DNA of 38,277 bases from a virus (lineage: Duplodnaviria > Caudoviricetes), in IMG/VR virus record IMGVR_UViG_3300048574_000430, positions 1 to 38,277 of that record, one strand, 5' to 3'. Of this stretch, positions 1 through 8,064 are shown piece after piece. Made by a program: the position numbers and the translations under genes. Positions within the stretch are counted from its first letter, which is position 1. Each line of letters starts with the position of its first letter. The notes under the pieces are model-generated. The model saw nothing but the letters and a program-made list of their open reading frames with translations. It searched no databases and was not told the origin of the DNA.

Positions 1-996
1 GGCTTGGATTAGTGTATCCACCTGCCAAGAGGCCGACAATCTGCCCCCGTCATACTTTGGGTGGATACCACGGATATTATAATTTATTTCCTCAGCCACA
101 ACGATTCTTGCGATCTTCAACAGGCCTGCCTTAATATTATCGCTGAAAGCATTCTCGTCTATATGACTGTATGAATTTATGCTTCCGTAGCTGATTTCCT
201 TGAATACTGCTACCTCAGTTTGAAAATGGAAAAAGAAATCAATTAGCATTCTGGTTTCTTCACCAACATCACGGCACCCGACATACATTGCCGTCAAATT
301 CTTGAACAGGGGGTCTTTGCTTCCTTTAATGTTGGTATCCGCACCACTTCTGATCTTGTTATAGAACTCGATATCGATATGATTGTCCTGTCCAAGGAAT
401 GTATCAGAGACCGTGTAAGTTCCTTTATTGAAAACTTCAGGATCTGTGCTCAAATCTGGAAACAGATTATATGTCCGGTCCAAACTACTGAAGGCATGTT
501 CACATGTAGAGAATTTGTCTTCTGGCGTATTCATAGACACAACCGGTGAATACAACAGAAATGCCGCAGCAAGCAGAACTCCTTTGTAATCTTTTTTGTT
601 TATTGAATTATACAAACGGACTGTTGTCTTAATCCTGTTCACGACTGTCAAAAGATCCTCGGCCCCTATTGAGGAGTATTCGTATTTTGAAAGCGGAAGA
701 AGAAAACCGTATTGTTTAAAAAACTCCATCATTTTTTCAATATCATCCTTGGGAAGTGCAAGAAGCTTCCCAAGAATATTTTTTTCTATAACACCCCCGG
801 CTCTGCCGGTTAAGTTCAATCCGTCTCGTGAAGCATACGAAAAAAGCAATTGCCGACCTGGATCAGAACAAACCTTTATTGTGGCTTTGGGTTCCTCACC
901 CGGAGCCATATTTTCTATATCCATAACGTAATTGCACCCATATCCGGTGTACTCAAACATAGTTTTTAAGAAAATATCTGTAATTTTTTCCGCCAT
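1..996 (-). CDS. Hypothetical protein, >332 aa, 3' end outside the window (possibly a CGNR/ABATE zinc-finger type protein)
   Basis: Read by hand: AAGGAG then ATG at 996 (MAEKITDIFLKTMFEYTGYGC...GRLSASWQVDTLIQA), open to base 1 with no stop. Absent from the ORF track. AT-rich. The family guess is weak because the C-terminus is not visible. Confidence 0.85.
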   Translation of the reverse strand, partial: MAEKITDIFLKTMFEYTGYGCNYVMDIENMAPGEEPKATIKVCSDPGRQLLFSYASRDGLNLTGRAGGVIEKNILGKLLALPKDDIEKMMEFFKQYGFLLPLSKYEYSSIGAEDLLTVVNRIKTTVRLYNSINKKDYKGVLLAAAFLLYSPVVSMNTPEDKFSTCEHAFSSLDRTYNLFPDLSTDPEVFNKGTYTVSDTFLGQDNHIDIEFYNKIRSGADTNIKGSKDPLFKNLTAMYVGCRDVGEETRMLIDFFFHFQTEVAVFKEISYGSINSYSHIDENAFSDNIKAGLLKIARIVVAEEINYNIRGIHPKYDGGRLSASWQVDTLIQA

Positions 997-1100
997 TTTT
1001 TCTATTCTCTCCTTTTTCAGTCCTCAAGAACTTCATGAAAAATTATACATCCCATTACTACTGCTGTGTCATGGCTGTCGAATCATCATCTGATATTCAT

Positions 1101-1129
1101 ATCATACACGAAAGTAATGGGTATTTCAA
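1101..1129 (-). promoter_or_regulatory. SigmaA-type leftward promoter
   Basis: Minus strand TTGAAA-N17-TATGAT upstream of the ORF starting at 996. Confidence 0.65.
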
Positions 1130-1169
1130 TAATAATCCATTACATTACGCTTGATTAACAATGGTATTT

Positions 1170-1239
1170 ATGAGGAAATTTCCTTATTCTTTGATCGAAA
1201 ATATAATGTAATCACAGCAGAATTCAATCCGGATTGAAT
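1170..1239 (+). promoter_or_regulatory. Rightward promoter (-10 TATAAT at 1202-1207) flanked by two 18-bp palindromes
   Basis: ATGAGGAAATTTCCTTAT (1170-1187, near perfect) overlaps the -35 position. ATTCAATCCGGATTGAAT (1222-1239, perfect) lies downstream of the -10. Confidence 0.55.
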
Positions 1240-1267
1240 AGCTGAATCTGACAAGGAGGGACAAGCA

Positions 1268-1459
1268 GTGACAAAATACGAACGCAAAAATTGGATTATC
1301 AACATTGAAAACACAGCGACTACTGTCGAAGCCCGGTTGGGATCAGCGGTCGTTGAATATGTTTTCAAACGCTACGACGCTCATGGGCTGTACGACCTGA
1401 GCCCCAGCTACTACAGCGAAGTATTCGGAGATTTAGAACTCATCGCCAACGACAATTAA
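1268..1459 (+). CDS. Small hypothetical protein (63 aa)
   Basis: Strong SD AAGGAGG before GTG; lies downstream of a TATAAT box. Confidence 0.75.
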   Translation: MTKYERKNWIINIENTATTVEARLGSAVVEYVFKRYDAHGLYDLSPSYYSEVFGDLELIANDN

Positions 1460-1495
1460 CACAATCGTCCCGGACAAGAAGTAAAAAGGTCTGCC

Positions 1496-1702
1496 TGAGC
1501 ACCGGCTCATCTCTGTGGCCACGGAGATGCGTTCGTAGCTGGCGCGAGGGTAACGCAATAAAATAGAGTGCCAGCTACGAACGGCTGGTCACCGAAATGA
1601 AGCGGAGAAATCCGCATGAGGTGACCAATCTTATGAACAACAGAACTGGCAGTTATGCAGGTTATCTCCGCTTCGGCTTATACGCCGAAAGGAGACAACC
1701 AA
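1496..1702 (+). ncRNA. Candidate structured cis-regulatory leader RNA
   Basis: Consecutive stems: 1508-1529; perfect 14-bp 1530-1543/1570-1583; 1586-1593/1620-1627 enclosing a GAAA-tetraloop hairpin at 1602-1615; and 1665-1695 covering the SD of the next gene. Confidence 0.6.
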
Positions 1703-2227
1703 ATGTCGAACCAAGCCAATCAAGGACAAGCCAAAGAACGCAAAATCTACCTTCCCAACACCAACGAGTGGGTACTTGTGACCGAGGAGGTCTACCTCGA
1801 ATACTATCGCCCGATCTGGCGCATTCAGAAAGCCGCGCGCAAAAACGGTCAGTGTGTCTGCCCGAAAACCAAACTCTGGCGCTGTGACGGTGACTGCGCC
1901 GTATGCAGCTACCGCACCGCGGGCAAAACGCTGTCGCTGGACGCACCGATTGAAAACGCCAACGGCGATGAAATGTGCCTTGGAGACACACTCGGAGACC
2001 CGGATGCGGCTTTCGCGGATATCGTCCTCGACAGTATTTTTCTTGAACAGCTTCTGGACGAGCTTGCCGAGCGCGACCCGGATGGCAGACGCATCTGTGA
2101 GCTCATCATGTCCGGCAAAACGGAGCGGGAGTGCGCCGCGGCTCTTAACATGGCGCGCAACACCTTCACTTATCGCCGAGACAAGCTTTTCGCGTCGCTT
2201 CGCGAACGTCATCAAAACCCATCCTGA
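1703..2227 (+). CDS. Sigma-70 region 4-like HTH transcription factor with a Cys-rich N-terminal motif (174 aa)
   Basis: SD AAGGAG then ATG at 1703. CVC-x7-CDGDCAVC motif. C-terminal ICELIMSGKTERECAAALNMARNTFTYRRDKLF resembles the sigma region 4 HTH. Confidence 0.8.
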   Translation: MSNQANQGQAKERKIYLPNTNEWVLVTEEVYLEYYRPIWRIQKAARKNGQCVCPKTKLWRCDGDCAVCSYRTAGKTLSLDAPIENANGDEMCLGDTLGDPDAAFADIVLDSIFLEQLLDELAERDPDGRRICELIMSGKTERECAAALNMARNTFTYRRDKLFASLRERHQNPS

Positions 2228-2242
2228 TATTTTTCCAATAGG

Positions 2243-2274
2243 AACGAGGCTGCTGCAAAACAGCCTCGTTTTTT
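2243..2274 (+). terminator. Intrinsic terminator
   Basis: AACGAGGCTG/CAGCCTCGTT stem followed by a T-run. Confidence 0.8.
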
Positions 2275-2296
2275 ATGCAAAAAAGTTTTCTCATTT

Positions 2297-2341
2297 TTTC
2301 GGCCAGACACCTTCCGCTTTTCCAGTGGGTAGTGAGGACAG
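2297..2341 (+). promoter_or_regulatory. Bipartite motif copy 1 (TTTCGGCCAG-N14-TCCAGTGGGTAGTGAGGACAG)
   Basis: Same boxes and 14-nt spacer as the copies at 6734 and 34343; lies just after a terminator. Confidence 0.7.
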
Positions 2342-2376
2342 GAAAACGACAAGTCCTTGGAACGGAGGTAAACCGC

Positions 2377-2595
2377 ATGAACGAACGAGTTCAAAGAAAC
2401 GGCACCGACGAAGAGCTGATCGGTATTCTTACCGCCATCTCCGTCGTGTCAAAGCGGCTGGCGAGAAAACTCACTCTCCTTGCCGAACAGAGTCAATTCA
2501 GAGAAGGAGGAAAAGCGGATGAGCAAAATGAGCGACATTGCGATGACCATCGAAGAACTGCGGAAATGTGCCGCTGCCATCAGCGACGCGGCTGA
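2377..2595 (+). CDS. Hypothetical phage protein (72 aa)
   Basis: SD GGAGGT then ATG at 2377 (MNERVQRNGTDEELIGILTAISVVSKRLA). Confidence 0.7.
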   Translation: MNERVQRNGTDEELIGILTAISVVSKRLARKLTLLAEQSQFREGGKADEQNERHCDDHRRTAEMCRCHQRRG

Positions 2596-2821
2596 CTGGC
2601 TGTCTGGGGCGTTCAGCGCCAACGCACCAGCCCTAAAAGAAGAACCGGCTCCCACCCTGGAAGCGGTCAGAGCAATTTTGGCGGACAAGTCCCGCAAGGG
2701 CTTTACCGCTCAGATTCGCTCTCTGCTCCAAAAGTACGGCGCCAGCAAGCTATCTGAAATAGACCCCACCCGGTACGGGGAGCTGCTTGCCGATGTGGAG
2801 GGACTGACCGATGCCACCTAA
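2519..2821 (+). CDS. Conserved hypothetical phage protein (100 aa) preceding the DUF2800-like gene
   Basis: SD AAGGAGG then ATG at 2519. C-terminal TLEAVRAILADKSRKGFTAQIRSLLQKYGASKLSEIDP is typical of this module. Confidence 0.8.
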   Translation: MSKMSDIAMTIEELRKCAAAISDAADWLSGAFSANAPALKEEPAPTLEAVRAILADKSRKGFTAQIRSLLQKYGASKLSEIDPTRYGELLADVEGLTDAT

Positions 2822-3950
2822 AGGCCACGCCCTTCTCTCCGCCTCCTCATCGGAACGCTGGCTCCGATGCCCGCCCAGCGCGCGGCTTTGTGAGAACTAC
2901 GAAGACAAAGGCAGCGATTTCGCGGCCGAGGGTACCGACGCTCATGCACTTTGTGAATACAAGCTCCGCCGTGCCCTCGGTATGGATGCGGCCGACCCCA
3001 TGGAGAACCTTGTTTGGTTCACGGAGGAAATGGACGACTGCGCTGCCGGCTACGCAGCCTATGTCCTCGAACAGGTGGAACTCGCAAAACAGACCTGTGT
3101 CGACCCGGTCGTGCTGGTCGAACAGCGGGTGGATTTTTCCCGCTGGGTGGAGTCCGGCTTCGGTACCTCCGACACCATCATCATTGCCGACGGCACTATG
3201 ACGATCTGCGATTATAAGCATGGACGCGGAATTATGGTCGACGCCCATGAAAATTCGCAGATGATGTGCTACGGGCTGGGCGCTTTGGAGCTTTTCGATG
3301 GCATCTACGATATTGACACCGTTCGTATGATCATCTACCAGCCGCGTCGGGATAACGTCAGCGTTTATACCATCTCCAAAGGCAACCTGCTCAAGTGGGC
3401 CGACGAGGTTCTCAAGCCCACCGCCGACCTCGCCTTTGCGGGTGACGGTAACTTCCTGTGCGGCGAATGGTGCGGCTTTTGTAAAGCCAAGCATGACTGC
3501 CGCGCCCGCGCCGAAGCGAACCTTGAACTGGCCAGATATGAATTCAAGCTGCCACCGCTCCTCACGGACGAGGATATCGAGGACATTCTTGCAAAGGTAG
3601 ACAATCTCGTTGCCTGGGCCGGCGATATCAAGGAATACGCCCTGCAGCAGGCGATCAGCGGCAAGGAATGGGCCGGTTGGAAGCTGGTCGAAGGCCGTTC
3701 CAATCGCAAGTACACAAATGAAGCGGCGGTTATCAATGCCGTCGAGGGCGTGGGGGTTGACCCCTATGAACACAAAGTTCTCGGCGTCACCGCCATGCAA
3801 AAGCTGCTCGGCAAATCCCGCTTTGATGAACTCCTCGCGGCGTTTATCGAAAAACCGCAGGGCAAACCCACGCTCGTGCCGGAGAGCGACAAACGCCCGG
3901 TAATGAACGCAGCCAAAAGTGATTTTATGGAGGAAAACGATTATGAATAA
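2811..3950 (+). CDS. DUF2800-family Cas4-like PD-(D/E)XK nuclease
   Basis: HALLSASSSERWLRCP, EGTDAH, GTSD...DYKHG and CGEWCGFC...C motifs; adjacent to SSB and PolA. Confidence 0.85.
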   Translation: MPPKGHALLSASSSERWLRCPPSARLCENYEDKGSDFAAEGTDAHALCEYKLRRALGMDAADPMENLVWFTEEMDDCAAGYAAYVLEQVELAKQTCVDPVVLVEQRVDFSRWVESGFGTSDTIIIADGTMTICDYKHGRGIMVDAHENSQMMCYGLGALELFDGIYDIDTVRMIIYQPRRDNVSVYTISKGNLLKWADEVLKPTADLAFAGDGNFLCGEWCGFCKAKHDCRARAEANLELARYEFKLPPLLTDEDIEDILAKVDNLVAWAGDIKEYALQQAISGKEWAGWKLVEGRSNRKYTNEAAVINAVEGVGVDPYEHKVLGVTAMQKLLGKSRFDELLAAFIEKPQGKPTLVPESDKRPVMNAAKSDFMEENDYE

Positions 3951-4518
3951 CAGCACAAACAAAGTAAACAACCCGATGAAGGTTATCACCGGCCCTGACA
4001 CCCGCTGGAGCTACGCAAACGTCTGGGAGCCAAAGTCAATTAACGGCGGTACGCCGAAATATTCGGTAAGCCTGATTATTCCGAAGTCCGATACCAGAAC
4101 CGTCGCCAAGATTAAGGCGGCAATCGAAGCCGCCTACCACGAGGGCGAATCCAAACTCAAGGGCAGCGGGAAGTCTGTTCCGCCTCTGGCCACCATCAAG
4201 ATTCCGCTTCGCGACGGGGACGTCGAAAGACCCGATGACCCCGCTTACGCCAACGCGTACTTTGTCAACGCCAACGCCACGACCGCTCCCGGTATCGTGG
4301 ATGCCGACCGAAATCCCGTCCTGACCCGTTCGGAAGTGTATTCCGGCGTATATGGCCGCGCCAGCATTTCCCTGTACGCTTTCAACAGCAACGGCAATAA
4401 AGGAATAGCCTGCGGCCTGAATAACCTTCAGCTCATCCGTGCCGGCGAGCCCCTCGGCGGCAGAGCGAGCGCGGAGAACGACTTCGCGTCCGACGAAGAT
4501 AATGATTTTTTGAACTAA
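3943..4518 (+). CDS. DUF2815-family ssDNA-binding protein
   Basis: RWSYANVWEP, YSGVYGRASI and NNLQ motifs; acidic C-terminal tail DFASDEDNDFLN; SD GGAGG. Confidence 0.85.
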   Translation: MNNSTNKVNNPMKVITGPDTRWSYANVWEPKSINGGTPKYSVSLIIPKSDTRTVAKIKAAIEAAYHEGESKLKGSGKSVPPLATIKIPLRDGDVERPDDPAYANAYFVNANATTAPGIVDADRNPVLTRSEVYSGVYGRASISLYAFNSNGNKGIACGLNNLQLIRAGEPLGGRASAENDFASDEDNDFLN

Positions 4519-4538
4519 GAAAGGAACAGTGAAAAACT

Positions 4539-4724
4539 ATGGCAACATTACAGACCATCTTGTTAACCATCCTGCTTGTCATCTGGCTCTGCTTCAGCAT
4601 TGTATTCCTGATCACCGCGATTCAAAGTGCCATGTATGATCGGAAGCGCGAAAAGCGTGAAAAGGAACAGGCTGCCCGCGATAAGGAGTACCACGCCCTG
4701 CGCATGAAGGAATTCAGCAAGTAA
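4539..4724 (+). CDS. Small single-pass membrane protein (61 aa)
   Basis: N-terminal hydrophobic run ILLTILLVIWLCFSIVFLITAI followed by a highly charged tail; SD AAGGA. Confidence 0.7.
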   Translation: MATLQTILLTILLVIWLCFSIVFLITAIQSAMYDRKREKREKEQAARDKEYHALRMKEFSK

Positions 4725-4733
4725 CAATATTCG

Positions 4734-4770
4734 GGAGGCGGCAGAGATCTTCTTTGCGGCCTCCTTCTTT
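4734..4770 (+). terminator. Possible terminator or hairpin before the polymerase gene
   Basis: GGAGGCGGCAGAGA/TCTTTGCGGCCTCC imperfect stem followed by TTCTTT. Confidence 0.45.
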
Positions 4771-4787
4771 ATAAAGGATGGCAAATC

Positions 4788-6728
4788 ATGAAAACGCTCT
4801 CGATTGATATTGAAACCTTCAGCAGCGCGCCGCTGGCCAAGTGCGGCGTTTATAAATATGTCGAAGCCCCGGATTTTGAGATTCTCCTGTTTGGATACAG
4901 CGCGGATGGCGGGACGGTTCAAGTCGTCGATCTCGCCTGCGGAGAAAGCATCCCCAGCGAGATAGTCAGCGCACTTTCTGATGAGACCGTTACAAAATGG
5001 GCCTTTAACGCCAACTTCGAGCGCGTCTGCCTGTCCCGCTTCATCGGACTGACGACCGGAGAATACCTCGACCCCGAGTCATGGAAATGCTCCATGATAT
5101 GGGCGGCAACGATGGGTCTGCCGCTGTCTTTGGAGGGCGTCGGCGCTGTCCTCGGCCTTGAAAAGCAGAAGCTCGCCGAGGGCAAGGAACTCGTCAAATA
5201 CTTCTGCCAGCCCTGCTCTCCTACAAAAGCAAACGGTCAGCGCACCCGCAATTATCCCTGTCACGCGCCGGACAAATGGTCGGCTTTTAAGCAGTACAAC
5301 ATCCGCGACGTTGAAACGGAGATGTCTATTCAGTCAAGACTCGCAAAATTTCCGGTGCCCGGCTCCGTATGGGAGGAATATCACCTAGACCAGGAAATCA
5401 ACGACCGTGGGGTGGCGCTGGATAAGACGCTGGTTGAACAGGCCATCGCTATGGACGGCCGCTCCCGCTCGGAACTGACCGCCGCCACAAAGGAGATCAC
5501 CGCGCTCGATAATCCGAATTCGGTCGTTCAGATGAAGGGGTGGCTTGCCGAAAACGGAATGGAGACCGAAACGCTCGGCAAAAAGGCTGTCGCAGAACTC
5601 ATCAAAACCGCTCCCCAGGAACTGCGTGATGTCCTGCTCCTGCGTCAGCAACTGGCCAAATCCTCGGTCAAGAAATATCAGACCATGCGGACGGCGGTTT
5701 GCTCGGATGGCCGCGCCCGCGGAATGTTCCAGTTCTATGGCGCGAACAGAACAGGCCGCTGGGCGGGCAGGCTTATTCAAATGCAAAACCTGCCGCAGAA
5801 CCATCTGGAAGATTTAGCCGAAGCCCGCGCCCTTGTTCGCTGCGGCGACTTTGATGCGCTGGAAATGCTCTATGAGGATGTGCCGGACACGCTGTCACAG
5901 CTGATCCGCACGGCGTTTGTGCCAAGAACCGGAGCCAAATTCATTGTAGCGGACTTCTCGGCGATTGAAGCGAGGGTTATCGCATGGCTTGCCGGCGAAC
6001 GGTGGAGGCAGGATGTTTTCGCCAAGGGCGGCGACATTTACTGCGCAAGCGCCAGTCAGATGTTCAAAGTCCCCGTTGAGAAACACGGCGTCAACGGTCA
6101 TCTGCGGCAGAAAGGCAAAATCGCGGAACTGGCCCTCGGCTACGGCGGTTCGGTCGGCGCGCTGAAAGCAATGGGGGCGCTGGAAATGGGGCTTACAGAG
6201 GATGAACTTCCCCCGCTGGTAGACGCGTGGCGGCAGTCCAATCCGATGATCGTGAGATTCTGGTGGGATGTAGACCGTGCCGCTATGGAGGCCGTTCGCA
6301 ACAAGCATACCAACGAAACCCATGGCATTGTCTTCGCCTGCCAGAGCGGGATGCTTTTTATCACGCTCCCGTCCGGCAGACAGCTTTACTATGTGAAGCC
6401 GCGCATCGGAGAGAACAAGTTTGGCGGTCAGTGCATCACTTACGAAGGTGTCGGCGGCACAAAAAAGTGGGAAAGGCTGGACAGTTACGGCCCGAAGTTT
6501 GTGGAAAACATCGTACAGGCGACCTCCCGCGACCTTCTCTGCTTTGCCATGAAAACGCTCCGCAGCTGTTCAATTGTCATGCACATCCATGACGAATTGG
6601 TTATTGAAGCCGATCCGCGTATGTCTCTGCAGGCGGTCTGTGAACAGATGGGCCGGACGTCGCCATGGGCAAAAGGGCTGCTGCTCCGCGCCGACGGCTA
6701 TGAAACAGATTTTTATAAAAAAGATTGA
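4788..6728 (+). CDS. polA: Phage DNA polymerase, family A, with 3'-5' exonuclease
   Basis: ExoI DIET, motif A DFSAIEAR, motif B RQKGKIAELALGYG, motif C HIHDE. Confidence 0.95.
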   Translation: MKTLSIDIETFSSAPLAKCGVYKYVEAPDFEILLFGYSADGGTVQVVDLACGESIPSEIVSALSDETVTKWAFNANFERVCLSRFIGLTTGEYLDPESWKCSMIWAATMGLPLSLEGVGAVLGLEKQKLAEGKELVKYFCQPCSPTKANGQRTRNYPCHAPDKWSAFKQYNIRDVETEMSIQSRLAKFPVPGSVWEEYHLDQEINDRGVALDKTLVEQAIAMDGRSRSELTAATKEITALDNPNSVVQMKGWLAENGMETETLGKKAVAELIKTAPQELRDVLLLRQQLAKSSVKKYQTMRTAVCSDGRARGMFQFYGANRTGRWAGRLIQMQNLPQNHLEDLAEARALVRCGDFDALEMLYEDVPDTLSQLIRTAFVPRTGAKFIVADFSAIEARVIAWLAGERWRQDVFAKGGDIYCASASQMFKVPVEKHGVNGHLRQKGKIAELALGYGGSVGALKAMGALEMGLTEDELPPLVDAWRQSNPMIVRFWWDVDRAAMEAVRNKHTNETHGIVFACQSGMLFITLPSGRQLYYVKPRIGENKFGGQCITYEGVGGTKKWERLDSYGPKFVENIVQATSRDLLCFAMKTLRSCSIVMHIHDELVIEADPRMSLQAVCEQMGRTSPWAKGLLLRADGYETDFYKKD

Positions 6729-6733
6729 TCCTC

Positions 6734-6768
6734 TTTCGGCCAGGACGGGCTTTTTGTTCCAGTGAGTA
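6734..6768 (+). promoter_or_regulatory. Bipartite motif copy 2 (TTTCGGCCAG-N14-TCCAGTGAGTA)
   Basis: Directly after the polymerase stop and upstream of the antirepressor/primase genes; same spacing as copies 1 and 3. Confidence 0.7.
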
Positions 6769-6847
6769 TCAGATGGACGAAACGCCATTGAAAAAAGGTT
6801 CTCCCCGGCGGGGTTGAGCCGGTCGATAACGAGGAGGTTTTTACATT

Positions 6848-7627
6848 ATGGATGAGATTCAAATTTACTGCTACGAAGGGCGCGACGTCCGTACGGTCAG
6901 CAAAAACGGCGAGCCGTGGTTTATGGCGGCGGATGTGTGCCGCGTACTGGAACTTGACAATGTATCTCAGGCGCTGGCCCGTCTTGACGAGGACGAGAAA
7001 TACACCACCCTCATTTCAAATGAGAGTGCGGCTACAGGCCAGTCGCTCGCGGCTTTCGTCAACGAGCCGGGTCTGTACGCGCTTATCCTCGGCAGCCGCA
7101 AGCCCCAGGCAAAAGCGTTCAAGCGCTGGATTACCCACGAGGTCGTGCCGTCTATCCGTAAACACGGCGTTTATGCGACGGATGAGCTTCTTTCCAACCC
7201 CGATGTTATGATCGCGGTGCTGCAGGAACTGAAAGCGCAGCGCGAGCGAACAAGGTCGCTTCAGCTCACAGCGGCTGTTCAGAAGCAGCAGATCGCGGAG
7301 CTTCAGCCGAAAGCAAGCTACTACGACCTTATCCTGCAGAATAAGAACACCGTTCCTGTTACACAGATCGCCAAGGATTATGGCATGAGCGGGCGCGCCT
7401 TCAACAAACTGCTCCACGAGCTGGGTATCCAGTACAAATTGCGTGAGACCTGGCTTCTTTATCAGGACTACGCGAATCAGGGCTATACGCAATCCCGTAC
7501 CCATGCAATCGACGCCGACCGCAGCGTAATGCATACCTACTGGACGCAGAAAGGCCGTCTGTTCCTTTACGACCTGCTGAAATCCAGGTGCGGCATCCTA
7601 CCCGTCATCGAAAGAGGCGCGGCATGA
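6848..7627 (+). CDS. Phage antirepressor (BRO-N plus ANT/KilAC domain)
   Basis: N-terminal VRTV...GEPWFMAADVC...NEPGLYALILGSRKPQAKAFKRWITHEVVPSIRKHG; C-terminal PKASYYD...TQIAKDYG...WTQKGRLF. Confidence 0.9.
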   Translation: MDEIQIYCYEGRDVRTVSKNGEPWFMAADVCRVLELDNVSQALARLDEDEKYTTLISNESAATGQSLAAFVNEPGLYALILGSRKPQAKAFKRWITHEVVPSIRKHGVYATDELLSNPDVMIAVLQELKAQRERTRSLQLTAAVQKQQIAELQPKASYYDLILQNKNTVPVTQIAKDYGMSGRAFNKLLHELGIQYKLRETWLLYQDYANQGYTQSRTHAIDADRSVMHTYWTQKGRLFLYDLLKSRCGILPVIERGAA

Positions 7628-8064
7628 GCACAGACAAATATAACTCGGAAGGCTATCCCGATCCGACCGCGTTCGAGGCGCTTTGCCTTATAGAAAAAGA
7701 ACAGCACGCGCTTCGTGCATTCAGGCCCATTGTCTATATCTGCTCGCCCTATGCCGGAGAGATCGATAAAAATGTCGAAGCCGCCCGGCGCTACAGCCGC
7801 TTTGCTGTGGACAGGGGCTGCATCCCCGTCGCACCGCATCTGCTGTTCCCGCAGTTTCTTGACGACGCCAGCCCAGGCGAGCGACAGCTTGGACTTTTCT
7901 TCGGAAATGCCCTGATGAGCAAATGCTCGGAGGTATGGGTGTTCGGTGAGACCTTTTCAGCGGGTATGCAGGCGGAAATCAAACGCGCCAGGTGGAAAAA
8001 CTACCGCCTGCGCTATTTTACCGATGAGTGTGAGGAGGTCACCGCCAATGTTCACACTGTATAG
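7624..8064 (+). CDS. DUF4406/nucleoside deoxyribosyltransferase-like protein
   Basis: VYICSPYAG, APHL and CSEVWVFG...SAGMQAEI motifs; ATGA overlap with the upstream stop. Confidence 0.7.
   Translation: MSTDKYNSEGYPDPTAFEALCLIEKEQHALRAFRPIVYICSPYAGEIDKNVEAARRYSRFAVDRGCIPVAPHLLFPQFLDDASPGERQLGLFFGNALMSKCSEVWVFGETFSAGMQAEIKRARWKNYRLRYFTDECEEVTANVHTV

Noticed and set aside
596-931. 111-aa plus-strand ORF
   Set aside because: Shadow of the longer minus-strand gene at 1-996, which has an SD and promoter.
1466-1493. Possible small pseudoknot CGTCCCGGACAAGAAGTAAAAAGGTCT
   Set aside because: Pairings are short and mismatched; not supportable without an alignment.
1597-1887. 96-aa ORF crossing the structured leader
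   Set aside because: No SD, and it overlaps the sigma-like gene out of frame. A leader-peptide role cannot be excluded but has no support.
2811-3950. Cas4-like gene as evidence of a CRISPR-Cas system
   Set aside because: No repeat-spacer array or other cas genes seen; it sits in the standard SSB/PolA replication context.
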